DNA of 60,292 nucleotides, taken from positions 1-60,292 of the IMG/VR virus record IMGVR_UViG_3300023184_000002. One strand, 5' to 3'. The notes beneath the pieces are model-generated. The model saw only the letters and a program-made list of their open reading frames with translations, was not told where the DNA came from and searched no databases. This DNA is from a virus. Its lineage: Duplodnaviria > Caudoviricetes. The position numbers and the translations under genes are program-made. Shown in pieces: positions 55,845-60,292 of the stretch (position 1 is its first letter; each line of letters opens with the position of its first letter).

Positions 55845-56219
55845 ATGGCTGAAATTGTTGTATTTGGCAAAGAAGATGTTGGTCGTATTATTGACGCAAC
55901 ACAACCATCAGAACAGTGGTGGCGAATTATTAGTGGTGCAATTCGATTAGCGGTAACTGTTGGGTATCAAATTACACCATCAGAAGCAATCGCTGTTGAA
56001 GCATTTGAAAATGAATTTACTAAATACACGGATGCATTTGGAATAGTTCGAGAAACTTTTCCAACGCTTCTTGATAGGGATGGGTTGGCTAATCGTGCAA
56101 TTACTTGGCTTAATAAAGAAAAGGCTCCAGAGGGTTGCATTTTTCATTTTCATGAGAATGCTTTTTATTTGTCTGAGTTGGAGGAAGAAAATTTTGGGGA
56201 GGAATCTGATGGCGAGTGA
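55845..56219 (+). CDS. Hypothetical protein
   Basis: SD AAGGA; 124 aa. Confidence 0.6.
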   Translation: MAEIVVFGKEDVGRIIDATQPSEQWWRIISGAIRLAVTVGYQITPSEAIAVEAFENEFTKYTDAFGIVRETFPTLLDRDGLANRAITWLNKEKAPEGCIFHFHENAFYLSELEEENFGEESDGE

Positions 56220-56370
56220 AGAAGAATTAAACAAAATTTTTGGTGAAGCACATAATTCTTTAGTACAAGGTGCCATTGCGATGCACGAATTGTTTTTGTC
56301 TTTTACTAAGGCTGGGTTTACTGAGGCTCAAGCGTTAACTCTTGTTGTTGAAGCGATGAAAAAAGATTAA
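56209..56370 (+). CDS. Small phage protein (MASEEEL...HELFLSFTKAGFTEAQAL)
   Basis: SD GGAGG; familiar actinophage motif. Confidence 0.6.
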   Translation: MASEEELNKIFGEAHNSLVQGAIAMHELFLSFTKAGFTEAQALTLVVEAMKKD

Positions 56371-56574
56371 TCATGGGTTGGGCTTTTATTGGGGTCATGG
56401 TTTGGCTTTTAGGAATTGTGTTATGGGTCAATCGTGGAAATCGGTAACGAGGTTTCTGTCAGATGTTCGTGGTGTAATAAATCAACTGATGAACCTCAAG
56501 TTTTTATGGGTTGGAACATTTTGTGCCCAAAGTGTTTAAAATACGCTTTTTCTGAGTGGTTTGAAAATGGTAAA

Positions 56575-56606
56575 AACTAAACTCAAAGTGTGTTACAATG
56601 AGGTGT
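56575..56606 (+). promoter_or_regulatory. Repeated phage promoter
   Basis: AACTAAACTCAAAGTGTGTTACAATGAGGTGT. Confidence 0.8.
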
Positions 56607-56628
56607 AGGCAAAAGAAAGGAAAACCTC

Positions 56629-56889
56629 ATGACACAAACATCAGCCCAAATTCTATTTAAGTTAACTCCAAAACAAGCAATGGCTCTTGTGGCTAACATT
56701 GCAAGTTCAGCAAATAAGCATGAAGATGTTGTAATTGCCGTTTCTTCGGACGGCAGGGATGTTGACAGCAATAAGCCTGTTGCTGAAATTAATGTTTTTA
56801 ACAGTGGTTACATTACGGGTTACTTGCTAAGTACGACCACCTCAACTGATGGCACTGCAACTTATCATTATCTTCACACCTCAGAATAA
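56629..56889 (+). CDS. Hypothetical protein
   Basis: Promoter and SD upstream. Confidence 0.6.
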   Translation: MTQTSAQILFKLTPKQAMALVANIASSANKHEDVVIAVSSDGRDVDSNKPVAEINVFNSGYITGYLLSTTTSTDGTATYHYLHTSE

Positions 56890-56898
56890 AGTGGTAAA

Positions 56899-56931
56899 AA
56901 CTAAACCATAGTTGTGGTACAATTAAAGTGT
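56899..56931 (+). promoter_or_regulatory. Repeated phage promoter
   Basis: AACTAAACCATAGTTGTGGTACAATTAAAGTGT. Confidence 0.75.
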
Positions 56932-57042
56932 AGGGACGAGGAAGGACGAAAAAATGGAAAGCAAAATTCTAATCATGGTTTGCCCCGACTGTAGAGGCAT
57001 CATGGTTCCAGAAATTCACCCATGTAAGGAAGGACAATAAAC

Positions 57043-57249
57043 ATGACAAAATACATTGTTGATGTGTATGTAGATGGAAAAGAAGTCAGGGTCTATGACC
57101 AAACCGCAAGCGATGTTGCAGTGTGGATTCTTCAAGAAAAACCATTTACAAAAATCGTAAAGCAAAGTCGTTATTACGCAGTAAAAAGCAGTGAACACCG
57201 TGATGGCGAAGAAGCCAAATGGATTGTGTTCGCAGAAGGGGGTTCATAA
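57043..57249 (+). CDS. Hypothetical protein
   Basis: SD AGGA; coupled operon. Confidence 0.55.
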   Translation: MTKYIVDVYVDGKEVRVYDQTASDVAVWILQEKPFTKIVKQSRYYAVKSSEHRDGEEAKWIVFAEGGS

Positions 57250-57407
57250 TGGAATTTAAAATAATTGGTGTTGGTTTTGATAAACCAATTGAACTAAAAG
57301 CAAAATGTGGTCACGAAGACGCATTGGGTTATTTTGCAAATACCGTATGCGGTGAATGTGCAAAAGTAGGACACAAAAAAGCAATGAAAGGTAAGGTCGG
57401 TTCATAA
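57249..57407 (+). CDS. Small Cys-containing protein (start MEFKII)
   Basis: TAATG coupling; CGH...CGEC. Confidence 0.5.
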   Translation: MEFKIIGVGFDKPIELKAKCGHEDALGYFANTVCGECAKVGHKKAMKGKVGS

Positions 57408-57664
57408 TGGGAACTGTTACTAAGAAGCAAGCAGAAAAAGCATTTGCCCAAATTAAAAACAAATACAAAGGCTATTGGGGCGAAGGGCTTGAGGAACCAA
57501 AACTTGTAAAAGATTGGAACTGGTCAGGAACTAATGCACCATACGCAATCCTTTGGGAATCAGGTCCATACGATTGGGCAATCGAATCATCATTTACTGT
57601 TCAAGTGGAAGGTGTCTTTGCAGAACCTTACACAGGTTGGGCACTAGGAATCTTTAAGGATTAA
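57407..57664 (+). CDS. Hypothetical protein
   Basis: TAATG coupling; WESGPYDWA...FAEPY. Confidence 0.6.
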   Translation: MGTVTKKQAEKAFAQIKNKYKGYWGEGLEEPKLVKDWNWSGTNAPYAILWESGPYDWAIESSFTVQVEGVFAEPYTGWALGIFKD

Positions 57665-57666
57665 TC

Positions 57667-57885
57667 ATGAACTGCCAGATTTGTGAACCACTATTAGGAA
57701 TCGTTCCCATGCAACGAGTTGAGCATAAACGCCGACAAGTCGTAGGGGCACAATCTCGAAAAGGTGGCGGATGGTCATACAAACGCAAAACCATTGGCGT
57801 GACAATCAACTGGTATTGTCCAAATAGTTTTGGTCACACAATCAAGGAAGAAAAAAATGATGAAACGGATAAAAGCGACACCTGA
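57667..57885 (+). CDS. Hypothetical protein
   Basis: CQIC...YCP; continues the operon. Confidence 0.5.
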   Translation: MNCQICEPLLGIVPMQRVEHKRRQVVGAQSRKGGGWSYKRKTIGVTINWYCPNSFGHTIKEEKNDETDKSDT

Positions 57886-58013
57886 GCAACTCAAGGCTCG
57901 GCTGGAACTTAGGCGTTCATCAGCGTCTGGTGCCCACACATCAAAAAAGGTTTACAAGCGTAAACCAAAACATGTTTGCAATTCTGACGATTAAAACCTA
58001 GAATCAGACACAG

Positions 58014-58052
58014 AAAACCCCCAAAGAAACGGGAAGCATCTTTGGGGGTTTT
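58014..58052. terminator. Bidirectional intrinsic terminator
   Basis: AAAACCCCCAAAGA-11 nt-TCTTTGGGGGTTTT plus T tract, between convergent gene blocks. Confidence 0.85.
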
Positions 58053-58063
58053 TGTTTTTAAAT

Positions 58064-58597
58064 TTAAACAGGGCAAACTGTTAGACGGGCACGAGAAACC
58101 GTGACAGCGTTTGTTGCACCAAGGTTGGCTACAAAAAGTTGCACTTCTTCATCGGCCGCTAAACTGACAAGGCAACGGGTCGTAAGGTCAGCCGAAACAT
58201 GACTTGTAAGGTATGTGCGTGATACGGCTGAAGCAGGAATTACTGTTCCAGCCTTCCCAATAGCAAGACCAATAACATTGCTACTGGTTGTGGTTGCAAT
58301 AATTTGGGCTGAAACATCCACAATACGGGTTAAACCGCTAGTGTTTTTTAGCGAAAATGTTGAAGCCGTACCATTTGTCATGTTTAAAACAATGTCGCTG
58401 TCCAATGTACCTGACACGGGTAAAACAATGTAAGTGTTTGATACTAGCGTTCCTGTACCTGTGCTGGTAGCGGTTGAAGTTTGACCATAAATACCACGGG
58501 TATCAATTGTTGTATTGTCAGCAAAAGTTACACCTGCTCTTGTAAATAGTCTTCCAATGAAACCTTCACCTTTAGTGATTGATGTACCCGATGCCAT
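58064..58597 (-). CDS. Hypothetical beta-rich (C1q/TNF-like) protein
   Basis: Thr/Ser-rich; CLVSLAADEEVQLFVAN pattern; SD GGAG. Confidence 0.55.
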   Translation of the reverse strand: MASGTSITKGEGFIGRLFTRAGVTFADNTTIDTRGIYGQTSTATSTGTGTLVSNTYIVLPVSGTLDSDIVLNMTNGTASTFSLKNTSGLTRIVDVSAQIIATTTSSNVIGLAIGKAGTVIPASAVSRTYLTSHVSADLTTRCLVSLAADEEVQLFVANLGATNAVTVSRARLTVCPV

Positions 58598-58606
58598 TAT
58601 TGCTCC

Positions 58607-59032
58607 TTATTTGATTTTACCTTTGTAAGAAAAAATCCATTTAGGGTTAACGCCTTTACCGACCTGCCAAAATGGTGTTGGTTGTGCTTCAAAATGTAGA
58701 TGCGAACCTGATTTAGCGTTGCCTTCAATACCAACATCTGCAATGTGTTGACCGATTTTTACAATGTCGCCAGCCTTTACATAAGACTTTTTAACATGTG
58801 CATAGGTGCAGTAATAGGTTTTGAAACGGAATTTGTGTTTGATTGTTGGTGAAAATTTTCCTAGGGCTGAACCTTGGGCACCAACTGATGTAACAACACC
58901 GTCAGCCACTGCATAGACGGGTGTTCCTAGTGGGGCACCAAAATCTACGCCTTGGTGCCATCCACTCATCCATTGATTCCCATGAACTCCGTATTCACAT
59001 GTCACATGAGGGTTTTTTACTGGGTATGCCAT
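58607..59032 (-). CDS. Endolysin, M23 peptidase
   Basis: HQGVDFG, YAH, HLHFE. Confidence 0.9.
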   Translation of the reverse strand: MAYPVKNPHVTCEYGVHGNQWMSGWHQGVDFGAPLGTPVYAVADGVVTSVGAQGSALGKFSPTIKHKFRFKTYYCTYAHVKKSYVKAGDIVKIGQHIADVGIEGNAKSGSHLHFEAQPTPFWQVGKGVNPKWIFSYKGKIK

Positions 59033-59253
59033 TATTCTGAACTTCCTTTACCGTATCGGGAATCTTGTGGATTCAAATAATTAATAGCAACTGTTAAAAC
59101 TGCAATTATTAAGGCTGATAAGGCTGGTGACAAATTGAAAGAACCCAAATTGTCTAATAGCCATACGGCACTAGCACCAAAACCAATTTTGAGGGCTGTC
59201 CCAACTGGGCTGGTTGCAACCATGTTTAAAAACTTTTGCCAATACTTTTTCAT
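59032..59253 (-). CDS. Holin
   Basis: Two TM segments ending LNPQDSRYG; coupled to the endolysin. Confidence 0.75.
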   Translation of the reverse strand: MKKYWQKFLNMVATSPVGTALKIGFGASAVWLLDNLGSFNLSPALSALIIAVLTVAINYLNPQDSRYGKGSSE

Positions 59254-59290
59254 GGTTTGATGGTACCTCTTGTTTTTGACGATTTAAGTT

Positions 59291-59407
59291 TTAGGCACGG
59301 GATTTGCGTAAACTTGCAAGATTGAATTGAATTCCTTGACAGCAATCTGCGTATGATTCATGGTCTTGTGTTGGGCATCCTTCTCTACAATTTGGGTTTC
59401 TATCCAT
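59291..59407 (-). CDS. 38-aa Cys/His peptide (MDRNPNCREGCPTQDHESYADCC...)
   Basis: Translated by hand; TAATG coupling to the fibre gene. Confidence 0.5.
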   Translation of the reverse strand: MDRNPNCREGCPTQDHESYADCCQGIQFNLASLRKSRA

Positions 59408-60165
59408 TATGCCCAAGTTCCGTTGCTCGTAGTATTCGGTAGCGGTGTGAACTGGACATACGAACCTCGGCGTACATTAAAAGTATCACCAAGTGCGTTC
59501 CATTGAAATGTAGGTATTAGTTTAGAAGCAGTATTTACAGTAACAATACCTTTAGCCCGAATTACGGACTCATAACCAACATTGGAACTTCTAGATAATT
59601 CAATAGGGCTAATTCCGATAGCATTTATACTTTGATGATAAACAGTATCCGTAAGCGTTGTTGATTTTCTGTTATGTGTTACATCGTATCCGATAGATGT
59701 TAAAGTTCCTGAACCTAAACGAAAACCGAACGATAAAGTTCTAGAATTTACTGCGATGTCGCTATAATCAAAAATCAGTTCAATGTTTATTTCATAGGCA
59801 GTTGAGGCCGCTAAAGAAACACCAAAAGTTGCTGTAGATGATAGCGGTGAAAAATCTGTTGTAGCCCTATTTTCAGTAGTGATAAATGTTGCTGGTGCAT
59901 AATACAAAGGAGCAGAAGCCCTACTTGTATCAGTCGGATGTATGTGGTCAGCACGAGCGTATCGCGTAGATGTTCCAATAGTTGCCGTGCCATCAACAAT
60001 AGGTGTTGTTGCAGTGTTAGCCTGACCCAAAACAAATGCGGTAGAAGCAATTTGCGTAGTGTTTGTGTCCACTGTGGCAGTTGTAGTAGTTGGTGTGCCA
60101 GTCAATGCTGGTGATGCTAATGGTGCTTTTAATGCATCAGAATCAGCAACAGTTTTAACACTGTT
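59407..60165 (-). CDS. Tail fibre protein, 3' part (continues from 1041 to 1)
   Basis: KAPLASPALTGTPT...NTTQIASTAFV and YARADHIHPTDTSRA fibre motifs. Confidence 0.8.
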   Translation of the reverse strand, partial: NSVKTVADSDALKAPLASPALTGTPTTTTATVDTNTTQIASTAFVLGQANTATTPIVDGTATIGTSTRYARADHIHPTDTSRASAPLYYAPATFITTENRATTDFSPLSSTATFGVSLAASTAYEINIELIFDYSDIAVNSRTLSFGFRLGSGTLTSIGYDVTHNRKSTTLTDTVYHQSINAIGISPIELSRSSNVGYESVIRAKGIVTVNTASKLIPTFQWNALGDTFNVRRGSYVQFTPLPNTTSNGTWA

Positions 60166-60292
60166 AGGTGTGGCCGCTGTGGTGGTGCTTGTGCTGGATA
60201 CGGAATCTTCCAACTGCACTGCACCTTTTTGTGTGGTGGTTCCGTCATTGATACCAATTGTTCCCGTTGTGGTTATGGTTCCGCCAGTAATC
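60166..60292. repeat. Terminal 127-bp direct repeat, copy 2
   Basis: Identical to 1-127. Confidence 0.95.

Noticed and set aside
60166-60292. Biological direct terminal repeat
   Set aside because: Exactly 127 bp and in the middle of a gene; best explained as assembler overlap

Overview
The window is an apparently complete, circular tailed-phage genome of about 60,165 bp; bases 1-127 are repeated at 60166-60292 as an assembly overlap. Gene order is siphovirus-like. WhiB, an actinobacterial-type SSB, an M23 endolysin, a DUF732-like lipoprotein and leaderless promoters suggest an actinobacterial host, possibly a low-GC freshwater lineage (inference). Most genes are on the minus strand, with one plus-strand block at about 52.5-58.0 kb. 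I recognised no integrase, DNA polymerase, tRNA or CRISPR array. The main finding is a 13.5 kb block (28760-42314) between the MuF head protein and the XkdF-like prohead protease. Its six large ORFs are strings of effector domains (ADP-ribosyltransferases, GNATs, HExxH peptidases, zeta-toxin kinase, ParB/Srx), each introduced by the same peptide tag, consensus KHL[AQS]G[QK]HDQS[ST]HG[NS]W, 15 copies in all. This looks like a tagged, shufflable, protease-processed head-cargo system. The second finding is a CmoA-like Cx-SAM synthase coupled to a cytosine methyltransferase with a motif-X Asn-to-Arg change, which predicts 5-carboxymethylcytosine DNA, plus an overlapping out-of-frame partner ORF. 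Also notable are a phage HDAC-family deacetylase, Dps in the head operon, two tail-tube paralogues, a possible +1 chaperone frameshift, a repeated phage promoter and apparent genome-wide avoidance of ATAT/GATC/AGCT/CCGG/GCWGC. All family calls are by-eye motif recognition, not database searches.
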